This document shows, one piece after another, positions 36,879-46,146 of a stretch of 61,851 nucleotides of DNA. The stretch is taken from contig SVTA01000001.1 in the NCBI GenBank assembly GCA_015064005.1, positions 1-61,851 of the forward strand, given 5' to 3'. The notes beneath the pieces are model-generated. The model was not told the DNA's origin and ran no database searches. It saw only the letters and a list, made by a program, of their open reading frames with translations. This stretch comes from Oscillospiraceae bacterium (GTDB taxonomy: Bacteria > Bacillota > Clostridia > Oscillospirales > CAG-272). Made by a program: the position numbers and the translations under genes. Each line of letters begins with the position of its first letter. The stretch's first letter is position 1.

Positions 36879-38099
36879 TTACTTCAGGATCACGCGGCGA
36901 TAGTTCTTCTTGCCGCGCTTCAGCAGCACGCCTGCCTCCAGCTGGGCGGCGGTGAAGGTATGACGGATATCGGTGATCTTTTCCCCGTCAGCAGAGGCAC
37001 CGCCCTGCTCTACGGTGCGGCGCGCCTCGGACTTGGAGGCTACAAGGCCGGACTTGGCCAGCAGCGTGAGAATATCCATAGCGCCGTCCACAAGGTCAGC
37101 GGCGGAAAGCTCAGTGGTGGGGGCATCCTCACCGGCGCCGGCACCAAACAGTGCCTTGGCGGCGGCCTCGGCCTTCTTTGCTTCCTCCTCGCCGTGTACC
37201 AGCGCGGTCAGCTCAAAGGCAAGGATCTCCTTGGCGCGGTTGAGCTGCTCGCCCTCCCACGTATCCATCTTGTCAATTTCCTCTACGGGCAGGAAGGTCA
37301 GCATACGGATGCACTTCAGCACGTCGGCATCGCCCACGTTGCGCCAGTACTGGTAGAAATCAAAGGGAGAGGTCTTGTTGGGGTCGAGCCACACGGCACC
37401 CGACTGCGTCTTGCCCATCTTTTTGCCCTCGGAATTGAGCAGCAGCGTGATGGTCATGGCGTAGGCGTCCTTCTGCAGCTTCTTGCGGATCAGCTCGGTG
37501 CCGCCCAGCATATTGGACCACTGGTCGTCGCCGCCAAACTGCATATTGCAGCCGTAGTTCTTGTAGAGGTGGTAGAAATCGTAGGACTGCATGATCATAT
37601 AGTTGAACTCAAGGAAGGAAAGACCCTTCTCCATGCGCTGCTTGTAGCACTCAGCCGCCAGCATCTTGTTGACGGAGAAGCACGCGCCCACGTCGCGAAG
37701 CACGTCCACGTAGTTGAGGTCAAGGAGCCAGTCGGCGTTGTTGACCAGGATCGCCTTGCCCTCGCCAAAGTCGATGAAGCGCTCCATCTGCTTCTTGAAG
37801 CAATCCACGTTGTGCTGGATGGTTTCGGTGGTCATCATCTGACGCATATCGGTACGGCCGGAAGGGTCGCCGATCATGGCTGTGCCACCGCCGATCAGTA
37901 CCACGGGACGGTTGCCTGCCATCTGCAGGCGACGCATCAGGCACAGCGCCATAAAGTGACCCACGTGGAGAGAATCCGCGGTAGGATCAAAGCCGATATA
38001 GAAGGTGGCCTTGCCCTCGTTGATCAGCTGGCGGATCTCCGCCTCGTCAGTTACCTGAGCAATCAGGCCTCTTTTTACCAATTCTTCGTAAATTTGCAT
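36879..38099 (-). CDS. tyrS: tyrosine--tRNA ligase
   Basis: HVGH (HIGH) and KMGKT (KMSKS) motifs, C-terminal S4-like domain. Confidence 0.95.
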   Translation of the reverse strand: MQIYEELVKRGLIAQVTDEAEIRQLINEGKATFYIGFDPTADSLHVGHFMALCLMRRLQMAGNRPVVLIGGGTAMIGDPSGRTDMRQMMTTETIQHNVDCFKKQMERFIDFGEGKAILVNNADWLLDLNYVDVLRDVGACFSVNKMLAAECYKQRMEKGLSFLEFNYMIMQSYDFYHLYKNYGCNMQFGGDDQWSNMLGGTELIRKKLQKDAYAMTITLLLNSEGKKMGKTQSGAVWLDPNKTSPFDFYQYWRNVGDADVLKCIRMLTFLPVEEIDKMDTWEGEQLNRAKEILAFELTALVHGEEEAKKAEAAAKALFGAGAGEDAPTTELSAADLVDGAMDILTLLAKSGLVASKSEARRTVEQGGASADGEKITDIRHTFTAAQLEAGVLLKRGKKNYRRVILK

Positions 38100-38104
38100 T
38101 GTTT

Positions 38105-38392
38105 TATCTCCTTTTCATTTGAAACAAAATAAAAAATCCCCTTGCCAAAGCAAGAGGACGCGCCAGGGGCACGCGGTACCACCTCTGTTTACCCGCCCCT
38201 CGCGGAGTGGGCCTCATGCAGCTTTTGCAAGCCGCGCTCGCGTAACGGGCGACACCGGCGTAGCCTACAGGGCGAAAACGCCGTTCGGTACGCGACTCGC
38301 GAAGGTATTCGGCAGGGGCACCCTCCGTCTTGCACCATCCGACGGCTCTCTGTGCGGCACCTTACTGCTTACTCTTTTCGGTCACAGTCTTT
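38105..38392 (-). promoter_or_regulatory. T-box riboswitch leader (tyrosine) upstream of tyrS
   Basis: The minus strand carries an AGAGAG stem-I element, GAATAC with the TAC Tyr specifier, the T-box AGAGGTGGTACCGCGTG, and the terminator CCTCTTGC-tttg-GCAAGGGG followed by ATTTTTTATTTT. Confidence 0.85.
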
Positions 38393-38398
38393 CTTCAT

Positions 38399-38427
38399 AT
38401 CATATCATAAAGCGCCGTGTTTGTCAA
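38399..38427 (-). promoter_or_regulatory. tyrS promoter
   Basis: On the minus strand: TTGACA-N17-TATGAT. Confidence 0.55.
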
Positions 38428-38538
38428 GGGGGGCTTCTTATTTTTTGCCGACTTTTTGCGCCATTTCCCGCTTGCGATCAACAGCACGGTATGATTTTGA
38501 TATTTTTGAACATATTTCTTTACATTTGTAAATGAATA

Positions 38539-38567
38539 TTGACAAAAGCGAAAATCTATGCTATCAT
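38539..38567 (+). promoter_or_regulatory. promoter of the 38594 HTH gene
   Basis: TTGACA-N17-TATCAT. Confidence 0.55.
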
Positions 38568-38593
38568 AAAGAAAAATCCGCAGGAGGCACGCG

Positions 38594-39205
38594 ATGTATT
38601 TTGACTACCACCGGCTCTGGCAGCTTTTAGCCGCCAAGGGACTCCACAAAACCGATCTGATCAATCTCACGGGGCTCAGCTCTCGAACCGTGGCCAAGCT
38701 CTCGAAAAATGAATCGGTCACCACCGATACCCTTTGTGCTATTTGCGCCGCCCTCTCCTGCGACCTTACCGATATCGTGGAGCTACGTGAAGAAAAGGTG
38801 GCTACCTCGATTTACGAGGCGTATCTGCGCCAACCCAAGGGGGAGGAAGAGCACCCTCATTTGCAAACCGTACGGTTTTCACACGGTGGGCAGGATTTTA
38901 CCGTTCATACCCTCAAAAAGCGAGCCGGGCGCCACACCTTCATCCGCTGCCATCCCAGCGGCTCGGTGGTGGCGGAGCAGCTTTATCCCTTAGGAATCTC
39001 TCCCGCCAGCGAAGTGACCGGCATTTTTCAGCCCTATCAGATCGAGCCCGGGCGGATCAATATTCTGGTGATCCCCGGCAGCCCCGGTATGATCTCGGGG
39101 CTCGATGAGGGCGCGGTTCATTCCGCCCGACAGGGTCTTGCGAGCCACGGCCTCTACGTGATGACCGCAAGCGCGTTCAAGCTGCTGACCGTGGCAGCGG
39201 AATAA
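38594..39205 (+). CDS. HTH (XRE/Cro-like) protein with unknown ~130-aa C-terminal domain
   Basis: The N-terminal LWQLLAAKGLHKTDLINLTGLSSRTVAKLSKNESVTTDTLCAICAAL is an HTH. The C-terminal domain is unrecognised. Confidence 0.7.
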   Translation: MYFDYHRLWQLLAAKGLHKTDLINLTGLSSRTVAKLSKNESVTTDTLCAICAALSCDLTDIVELREEKVATSIYEAYLRQPKGEEEHPHLQTVRFSHGGQDFTVHTLKKRAGRHTFIRCHPSGSVVAEQLYPLGISPASEVTGIFQPYQIEPGRINILVIPGSPGMISGLDEGAVHSARQGLASHGLYVMTASAFKLLTVAAE

Positions 39206-39210
39206 AAAAG

Positions 39211-39255
39211 GCCACGCGTTGCCCGATCTCCCATGGGGATCGAGCCACGCGTGGC
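39211..39255. terminator. compound hairpin between convergent genes
   Basis: GCCACGCG...CGCGTGGC outer stem with an inner CGATC-tcccatgggg-GATCG stem. Confidence 0.55.
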
Positions 39256-39263
39256 TTAACTGT

Positions 39264-40370
39264 TTAGTTCGCGTTCATTTTCAGATAGGCGTTGATGAAG
39301 CCGTCAATATCGCCATCCATCACGGCACCGATATTGCCGTTTTCAAAGCCGGTACGGGTATCCTTGGCAAGGGTGTAGGGCATGAATACGTAGGAACGGA
39401 TCTGACTGCCCCACTCGATGTTGACCTTATTGCCCTGAATCTCCTCGATGGTATCCAGACGCTCGCGGAGCTTGATCTCCATCAGCTTAGCCTTCAGCAT
39501 TTTCATGGCCGTTTCCTTGTTCTGAAGCTGGCTACGCTCGGTCTGACAACCCACCACAATGCCCGTGGGCTTATGCAAAATACGGATAGCGGAGTCGGTC
39601 TTGTTGATGTGCTGACCGCCGGCGCCGCTACTGCGGTGAGCGGTGACCTCAATATCCTCGTCCCGGATCACCACGTTATCCACGTCGGCAAACTCCGGCA
39701 TCACCTCAATGGAGGCAAAGGAGGTCTGACGGCGACCTGCGGCATCAAAGGGGGATACGCGCACCAAGCGGTGCACGCCGTTCTCGCTCTTCAGGTAGCC
39801 GTAGGCATTGGTGCCCTCCACCATAATGGTGGCGCTCTTGATGCCGGCCATATCGCCGTCCAGCCAATCCACCAGCTTGTATTTGAAATTGTGACGCTCT
39901 GCCCAGCGGGTGATCATACGGTACAGCATCTGCGCCCAGTCCTGTGCCTCGGTGCCGCCGGCGCCGGGGTGGAAGGAAACGATGGCGTTGCTCTTATCGT
40001 ACTCACCGCACAGCAGCACGGCCATGCGCTGCGCATCCTCGGTGGCACGGATGGCCTCCAGCTCGGATTCCACCTCCTCCACGCAGGATTCGTCCTCGGC
40101 CTCAATGGCGATCTCGGCAAGGGCAATGGCGTCCTCCAAACGGGCGCAAAGCGCCTCATAATCTGCGATGGTATCCTTGCTTTGCTTCAGCTCCTGAAGC
40201 ACCTTGGAGGAATTTTCCTGATCTCCCCAAAAGGCAGGGTCGGCAGTCTTCTGCTCCAGCTCTGCCACGCGGCCGCCGAGATCCTCAATGCGTAGGGCGC
40301 TACCGAGATCCTCCAGCTTTTCTCTCATATCCAGCAACTCACGTCTGGCATTTTCCAGTGCAATAATCAA
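39264..40370 (-). CDS. prfB: peptide chain release factor 2 (single uninterrupted frame)
   Basis: SPF tripeptide (VSPFDAAGRRQTSFA) and GGQ (GAGGQHINKTDSA). TTG start at 40370, 7 nt after GGAGGG. There is no in-frame UGA at the usual frameshift site. Confidence 0.9.
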   Translation of the reverse strand: MIIALENARRELLDMREKLEDLGSALRIEDLGGRVAELEQKTADPAFWGDQENSSKVLQELKQSKDTIADYEALCARLEDAIALAEIAIEAEDESCVEEVESELEAIRATEDAQRMAVLLCGEYDKSNAIVSFHPGAGGTEAQDWAQMLYRMITRWAERHNFKYKLVDWLDGDMAGIKSATIMVEGTNAYGYLKSENGVHRLVRVSPFDAAGRRQTSFASIEVMPEFADVDNVVIRDEDIEVTAHRSSGAGGQHINKTDSAIRILHKPTGIVVGCQTERSQLQNKETAMKMLKAKLMEIKLRERLDTIEEIQGNKVNIEWGSQIRSYVFMPYTLAKDTRTGFENGNIGAVMDGDIDGFINAYLKMNAN

Positions 40371-40495
40371 AAACGTACCCTCCTGCCGCCCGTGGCGGCT
40401 TTCTTGCGGATTTGAAACAATATTTCACTATATTATACCATAAAATCCTCTGGTTGACAAGGGGGAACGGGAAAAAATTTCACCGCGCTCAAAAA

Positions 40496-40534
40496 GCGGG
40501 CGGCACTGACGAGAAGCTCGTCAATGCCGCCCGC
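40496..40534 (-). terminator. serA terminator
   Basis: On the minus strand: GCGGGCGGCATTGACGAG-cttc-TCGTCAGTGCCGCCCGC followed by TTTTTG. Confidence 0.8.
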
Positions 40535-40539
40535 ACGCT

Positions 40540-41712
40540 TTACTGCAGCAGCGTCAGCACGCGCACGCGGCGCACACCGTCAATGGCCTTGATGGCCTCA
40601 ACGGTGTCCTTGCCGGGTAGGCTGTTCACATCCAGGATGGTGTAGGCGTTCTCGCCTCTCGATTTGTTCAGCATGTTCTCAATGTTGATATGCTGCTTCG
40701 AAATGGCGGTGGAGATATTGGCAAGCACGGCGGGTACGTTGGCGTGCAGCACACACACGCGGGCGGTGCCGGTGGGCGCCATGGAAGCAGCAGGATAGTT
40801 GACGCTATTGCGGATATTGCCAAAGCGCAGATACTCGTCCAGCTCATCGGCAGCCATCACGGCGCAGTTGTCCTCGGCCTCCTCAGTAGAGCCGCCAAGG
40901 TGCGGAATGGTAATGGCACCGGGGATCGCCACGGTCTCCTCCGTGGGGAAATCGGTGACGTAAGCAGCCACCTTACCGGAGGCCATGGCAGCAGCAAGGG
41001 CGGGAGCATTGACCAGCTCAGCTCTTGCCAGGTTCAGAATGCGCACGCCGTCCTTCATCAGAGCGATGCTCTCGGCGTTGATCATGCCCTTGGTGGTATC
41101 GGTGGCGGGCACGTGCAGGGTGAGGTAATCTGCCTTGGCGTAGACCTCCTCATAGGTCGATGCCTTCTCTACGTGATGATTGAGGTTCCACGCGCCCGCT
41201 ACCGAAAGGTAGGGGTCACAGCCCACCACGCGCATACCCAGGTGAATGGCCACATTGGCCACCAGCCCGCCGATGGCACCAAGGCCAATGACACCCAGCG
41301 TCTTGCCATGCAGCTCGCAGCCTGCAAACTGCGATTTTCCGGCCTCCACCTGCTTTGCCACATCCTCGGTTCCGGCAAGGGAGCGCGCCCAATCGATGCC
41401 GTCTACGATCTTGCGGGAGGCAAGCAGCAAGGCACAAACTGCCAGCTCCTTGACACCGTTGGCGTTGGCACCGGGGGTATTAAACACCACAATGCCCTCT
41501 TCGGAGCAGCGCTCCACGGGAATGTTATTGACACCGGCCCCTGCGCGAGCGATGGCCAGAAGCTCGGGGTTGAACTGCATATCGTGAAGCTTTGCGGAAC
41601 GCACCATCATACCCACAGGGTTCTCCACGCCGCTGCCACAGCGGTAAACAGCAGCATCCAGCCGATTCGTGCCCACCTTGGCGATCTTATTCATCAACAA
41701 AATATTTTTCAT
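40540..41712 (-). CDS. serA: D-3-phosphoglycerate dehydrogenase with C-terminal ACT domain
   Basis: GVIGLGAIGGLVA NAD fold, 2-hydroxyacid dehydrogenase catalytic residues, ACT-like tail. Confidence 0.9.
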   Translation of the reverse strand: MKNILLMNKIAKVGTNRLDAAVYRCGSGVENPVGMMVRSAKLHDMQFNPELLAIARAGAGVNNIPVERCSEEGIVVFNTPGANANGVKELAVCALLLASRKIVDGIDWARSLAGTEDVAKQVEAGKSQFAGCELHGKTLGVIGLGAIGGLVANVAIHLGMRVVGCDPYLSVAGAWNLNHHVEKASTYEEVYAKADYLTLHVPATDTTKGMINAESIALMKDGVRILNLARAELVNAPALAAAMASGKVAAYVTDFPTEETVAIPGAITIPHLGGSTEEAEDNCAVMAADELDEYLRFGNIRNSVNYPAASMAPTGTARVCVLHANVPAVLANISTAISKQHINIENMLNKSRGENAYTILDVNSLPGKDTVEAIKAIDGVRRVRVLTLLQ

Positions 41713-41724
41713 GTTTCTATCCTC

Positions 41725-42816
41725 TCAGTTCTTGGGATTTGCGGCGGCGAAGGTCTTCATAAAGGCCACCAGCGCCTCTACGCCCTCCAGGGGCATTGCG
41801 TTGTAGATCGAGGCACGCATACCGCCAACGGAGCGATGTCCCTTCAGGTTCTGCAGGCCTGCAGCAGCGGCCTCCTTGGCAAACTTTTTGTCAAGCTCTC
41901 CGTCTCCGGTCACAAAGGTCACGTTCATCAGCGACCGGTTTTCCTTCCAGACGGGGGCCTGGTAGTAGCTTTGGCTATCGAGATAATCGTACAGCACCGC
42001 AGCCTTTTTCACGTTCATTTTTTGCATAGCCTCAAGGCCTCCGATGGACAGCAGCCACTCGTATACAAGACCCGCCACGTAGATAGGATAGCAGGGCGGC
42101 GTGTTGTACATAGAGCCGTTCTCGGCCATGGTCTTCCACTCCAGCATGGTGGGCATCTTAGGATCGGCAAATTCCAAAAGATCCTCGCGTACGATCACCA
42201 CCGTCACGCCCGCGGGCGCCATGTTCTTCTGAGCGCCAGCGTAGATCACGCCGAAGCGGCTGACATCCACCGGCTCGGAAAGAATGCAGGAGGACATATC
42301 CGCCACCAGCGGAATATCACCGGTGTCGGGGATTTCCGCATACTTGGTACCGTAGATGGTGTTGTTGTAGCAGATGTGTACGTAGGCAGCATCGGGACGG
42401 AACATCTCGCGGCTGAGTGCGGGCACGTGGGTGAAATTATCGCCCTTGGTGGTGGCTACGCATTTCACGTCATAGCCCATCTTCTCCGCTTCCTTGAAGG
42501 CCTTGCCGGAGAATTGGCCGGAAACCACGTAATCCGCCTTGCCGGTGCGACCGATGAGATTGAGGGGCACGGCGGCAAACTGGGTGGAGGCGCCGCCCTG
42601 CAGGAACAGCACCTTGTAATTTTCGGGGATCTGCATCAGCTGACGGAGCGCAGCCTCCGCCTCGGTGATAATGGCCTCGTAAACGGGAGATCGGTGAGAC
42701 ATTTCCATCACGGACATGCCGGAATCCTTATAGCAAAGCATCTCGGCCGCGGCTTTTTCAAGCACAGGCAGGGGCAGCATAGAGGGGCCCGCGGAAAAAT
42801 TATACACTCTGTTCAT
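41725..42816 (-). CDS. serC: phosphoserine aminotransferase
   Basis: NFSAGPSMLP N-terminus and class-V aminotransferase pattern. Confidence 0.9.
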   Translation of the reverse strand: MNRVYNFSAGPSMLPLPVLEKAAAEMLCYKDSGMSVMEMSHRSPVYEAIITEAEAALRQLMQIPENYKVLFLQGGASTQFAAVPLNLIGRTGKADYVVSGQFSGKAFKEAEKMGYDVKCVATTKGDNFTHVPALSREMFRPDAAYVHICYNNTIYGTKYAEIPDTGDIPLVADMSSCILSEPVDVSRFGVIYAGAQKNMAPAGVTVVIVREDLLEFADPKMPTMLEWKTMAENGSMYNTPPCYPIYVAGLVYEWLLSIGGLEAMQKMNVKKAAVLYDYLDSQSYYQAPVWKENRSLMNVTFVTGDGELDKKFAKEAAAAGLQNLKGHRSVGGMRASIYNAMPLEGVEALVAFMKTFAAANPKN

Positions 42817-42871
42817 AGAAGCCTCCTGTTCCGAATGAGATCGGATGAAAATTCATAAAATATTGTACATT

Positions 42872-42900
42872 ATTATACAATCTCGCACGCCGATTGTCAA
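42872..42900 (-). promoter_or_regulatory. serC-serA promoter
   Basis: On the minus strand: TTGACA-N17-TATAAT. Confidence 0.6.
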
Positions 42901-42993
42901 GCGCTACGCTGCATTTTTGTCGTTTTGTTTTCGATTTATCTGCTTTGGCGCCCAATTCTGTCAAAAACAACGGATGAAAGCCCCTCCTGCAGC

Positions 42994-43025
42994 AAAAATC
43001 CCCCGCCGACCAAGGGTCGGCGGGG
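42994..43025 (-). terminator. terminator closing the phage-like head operon
   Basis: On the minus strand: CCCCGCCGACC-cttg-GGTCGGCGGGG followed by GATTTTT. Confidence 0.8.
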
Positions 43026-43052
43026 AGCCCCATCGGGAGTCTGCTTAACACG

Positions 43053-43445
43053 TTAACCGTCAGCGCGCTCGGGCTTCGGTTCACCCTTTCCGGCGGCATC
43101 CGCGATGATCTTGGCATTCACCACCTTGGAAAAGGCGATGTCCTTTTCCACAGCCGCCATCAAAGCCTCCTCCTCAAAGGGCACATCCAGCGTAGCACTG
43201 AGAGTACGCAAACGGGAAAGCACGTAATTCAACTTTTCCGCGGCGGAGTAATGAGAAAATCCTTCCGCCTCCGTCTCAAACTCTCTGGCCGCCTCCAGCA
43301 GCTGCAGCCATTTTTGCAAGGACGCGGCCCGATCTCCGCGCCACGCACGCACCGCGGAAGCGCAAAGCAGTACCAGATTCAAAAGTACGGTCAGCACCAG
43401 CACGGCAAGATCAAAATGCTCCATGACGAAATCGAACACAGTCAT
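43053..43445 (-). CDS. phage membrane protein, possibly LL-H-type holin-like
   Basis: An N-terminal TM helix (LAVLVLTVLLNLVLLCA) is followed by a helical soluble tail. The holin call rests on weak recollection of the Holin_LLH architecture. Confidence 0.4.
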   Translation of the reverse strand: MTVFDFVMEHFDLAVLVLTVLLNLVLLCASAVRAWRGDRAASLQKWLQLLEAAREFETEAEGFSHYSAAEKLNYVLSRLRTLSATLDVPFEEEALMAAVEKDIAFSKVVNAKIIADAAGKGEPKPERADG

Positions 43446-43457
43446 ACCACACCTCCG

Positions 43458-43868
43458 TTACATACTGCGCCGACGGCTTTCGTCCGCAAAACGCCCGGCC
43501 TCTCTGTCCATCAGCTCCGCCGTGCGCAGATCCTGGATCTCGGACTGATCCAGCAGCAGCGCAAACTTACGGCGGATCCGTGTCCACACGCCACGTCGGA
43601 TGACGCAGTTCTTGCCGTTAATGGCCACATACACGTCGTCCTTGTATTTTTCGTTGTCTCGAAAAAGCTTGACCTCCACGTATTCGTTGAGATACGCCTC
43701 CTCTGCCTGCAAAAAGCGCTGCAGGCGCTCGGCGTTGCCGTTTTTTCGCTCCTTCTCGTCTTGGGCAGCTCGCAGGGCCGCCAGCTGCTCCTCATAGGAG
43801 GCGCGCAGCGCCTCCATCTCCTTTTTCAGCGCAGCAACGCTACCGCTGTCCTTATGCTCGTTTCCCAT
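43458..43868 (-). CDS. phage hypothetical protein (coiled-coil N-terminus)
   Basis: 136 aa, co-directional, immediately downstream of the capsid gene. No family recognised. Confidence 0.6.
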   Translation of the reverse strand: MGNEHKDSGSVAALKKEMEALRASYEEQLAALRAAQDEKERKNGNAERLQRFLQAEEAYLNEYVEVKLFRDNEKYKDDVYVAINGKNCVIRRGVWTRIRRKFALLLDQSEIQDLRTAELMDREAGRFADESRRRSM

Positions 43869-43940
43869 ATCGATACTATCCTTTCCGTCTGCAATACAGA
43901 CCGTTTTCTCTCCCCTTCAGGGTACTTCATTGAATTTCCC

Positions 43941-43968
43941 GCGAAAGAGGAGCAAGCTCCTCTTTCGC
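43941..43968. other. hairpin immediately downstream of the capsid gene
   Basis: GCGAAAGAGGAGC-aa-GCTCCTCTTTCGC. On the coding (minus) strand it lacks a U tract, so it may be an attenuator or an RNA-stability element. Confidence 0.45.
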
Positions 43969-43987
43969 TTTTTCAGCAAATGATCTC

Positions 43988-45379
43988 TCAGTTGGCGCCG
44001 CCCTCAAAGGTAGAGGCGGTCTCAATACGAACCATGAATGCCTCTACCAAACGAGCTGCGGTCTTGGTGGCCTTCCAGCCCACGGTAGCGCGCTGGTTGA
44101 GGGGGTCAGCCGTGCCGGCAGAGCCCAGCTGCTTCACGATGTGCTGCAGGCCGCCGCCCACCAGCTCGGTGGTGCCATAGGCGTTGTCACCAAAGACCAG
44201 CGTGGCGTACACGTCGCGGCCGTGCATACCTGCCTCACCGGGATAGAGCAGATCCTCCTCCGCAATGTGCGCATACTCCTTGTAGTTGGAAGCGGCGTCC
44301 ATCAGCGGGCGATCCAGATAGAGATGATGCTCCTCCTCCTCTCCGCCGATGGTCACGCCCACCACCTTGGCGTACTGATAGCTGCCGTTAGAGGCATCGT
44401 AGTACACGATGGAGCGGCCTACCATATCCTTCTCCACCACGTGACCGAAAAGGCCGTTGTGCAACATCAGGCGGTAGCAGGAGCCGATACCACAACCCTC
44501 GCTCACCTGGCCGGGTGTGTTCAGAATGGTCATGCTCTCCTCAAGGCAATGCAGAACACGGGCGTCGGAGGCAAGATCGGGGGCGTGGAACACCTTGGCC
44601 TCGGTGGACTCCACAAAGCGAACCCCCTCCAGCATACCGATCTCACCTTCGTAAAGGTCACGGGGATCGGCGTACTGATGAGGATACTTCCAGTTGGGGT
44701 CGTTGGTCAGGTCGTAGGCACAGTCGGGGTGAATGATGCAGGCGTAGGCGCCGTTGATCTTTTCCGCGTTCTGATTCTTGAGGAAGCGCACGGCGCGCTT
44801 GATGCAGTCCACGGTCATGTAATGGTTGCCGGTAGCCTCGCCACCTACCAGCAGATGGCGAGCGGAAACCGCATTTTCGCCATACTGTACATTGGTACCG
44901 CCGCACAGCACCTCACGGGTGATGGTATCCAGCGTTCTGCCGGCCTGGGAGCCGAGGAGCTTTGTGGCCATCACCAGATTGTTGTCAATGGCCGTAAGCA
45001 GCAGCAGATCAGAAAACTCCACGTAGCCGCCGTACTGACGGACGGTGGCCTCCACCACACCCATATTGAGGGACTGGCCGGTGGGGGTCACGCCCTCGGA
45101 AAGCGCTGCGGTCAGCTTGGGCAGCGGATCGTACTTGCGGAACTGAATGGTCTTGCCCCCGTTTTTAGGGATAGAAACCTTCTGGGCGAACTGATCGTGA
45201 ATGAGGTTGGGCTCGGCGTTGTCGATGAGATAGTCCGCGTAGTAGGTACGCATCTCGGCCGAAAGGCCGCCGTCCTCATAAGGGGTAACCGTGCCGGTGG
45301 TGGCGTCGGTGTAGCCCTCAGTGGTGTTGACGTTTTCACTGACGCCAAACAGCGTCAGATCAAGGGTGAAATTCTTCAT
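43988..45379 (-). CDS. major capsid protein, N4-gp56-like family
   Basis: ATG 45379 follows AAGGAAG. YADYLIDNAEPNLIHDQFAQKVSIPKNGGKTIQFRKYDPLPK matches the N-terminal signature I associate with N4-gp56-family capsids. Confidence 0.8.
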   Translation of the reverse strand: MKNFTLDLTLFGVSENVNTTEGYTDATTGTVTPYEDGGLSAEMRTYYADYLIDNAEPNLIHDQFAQKVSIPKNGGKTIQFRKYDPLPKLTAALSEGVTPTGQSLNMGVVEATVRQYGGYVEFSDLLLLTAIDNNLVMATKLLGSQAGRTLDTITREVLCGGTNVQYGENAVSARHLLVGGEATGNHYMTVDCIKRAVRFLKNQNAEKINGAYACIIHPDCAYDLTNDPNWKYPHQYADPRDLYEGEIGMLEGVRFVESTEAKVFHAPDLASDARVLHCLEESMTILNTPGQVSEGCGIGSCYRLMLHNGLFGHVVEKDMVGRSIVYYDASNGSYQYAKVVGVTIGGEEEEHHLYLDRPLMDAASNYKEYAHIAEEDLLYPGEAGMHGRDVYATLVFGDNAYGTTELVGGGLQHIVKQLGSAGTADPLNQRATVGWKATKTAARLVEAFMVRIETASTFEGGAN

Positions 45380-45428
45380 GCTTTCTTCTTCCTTTCTTAA
45401 TTTTGGTGCAAAAAGGCCGAAAACGGTG

Positions 45429-46040
45429 TCAGATCCTGATTTTTTCTCCCTTGGAGGCGCGGCGCGCCATTTCGGCGCGTTCCGCCCGGGAAAGCGCTTT
45501 TGCCGCATTGTCAAAGCGGATGGAAACGCCGGGCACAGTACCGTTCTCCGCAGGGCGCAGGCCCTTGGCGCGGATGCTGGAAAGAACGGCAAGCTCCGTC
45601 TCCCTTTTGGCATTCTCCACCGCCGTGCGAAGCTGATCCTCCGCCTCGGCTGTCGCCTTTTTTCGCACCGTTTCGGGGTTATTTTCCCCTATAGCCGCAA
45701 TCAGCGCCGCAGTATCCGCGGTGCCGTACGCGCTGGCCGCAGCCTCAACCACGGCACGGTAGCGTTCAAGCTCCTCCATTTTCCCCTTCTGCTCCTTGAA
45801 GCGCCGGTTAAAGGTTTCCTGAAAATACGCTGTGAAGAGATCCTTATATTCTCCCTCCATCAGCGCACGGAATTGCTCCCTCCGGCCTTCCTTGTGGCTC
45901 GACTCCCCGGCGGCAGGAGTCTTATCTTCCGTCGCGCCCGTATCTATTGTCTCCGGGGTGGTGAGAGACGCTGCATTGGATTCACCCGCAAGCTCCGTGC
46001 CAAATTGGCACAGAAAGCTCCATTGACTCTTATGATTCAT
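45429..46040 (-). CDS. phage scaffolding protein
   Basis: GAGGAG RBS. A helical, charged 203-aa protein between the protease-like and capsid genes. Confidence 0.7.
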   Translation of the reverse strand: MNHKSQWSFLCQFGTELAGESNAASLTTPETIDTGATEDKTPAAGESSHKEGRREQFRALMEGEYKDLFTAYFQETFNRRFKEQKGKMEELERYRAVVEAAASAYGTADTAALIAAIGENNPETVRKKATAEAEDQLRTAVENAKRETELAVLSSIRAKGLRPAENGTVPGVSIRFDNAAKALSRAERAEMARRASKGEKIRI

Positions 46041-46146
46041 AGCTCCTCTTTCTTCTCAGTCAGGGCAAGGAGCCGCAGTCTCTTTCTCTGTTGCCGGCTC
46101 GCGCCCCTGCCCCTTTCAAATTGGTTGACGTCGCCGTGCGCTCTGT

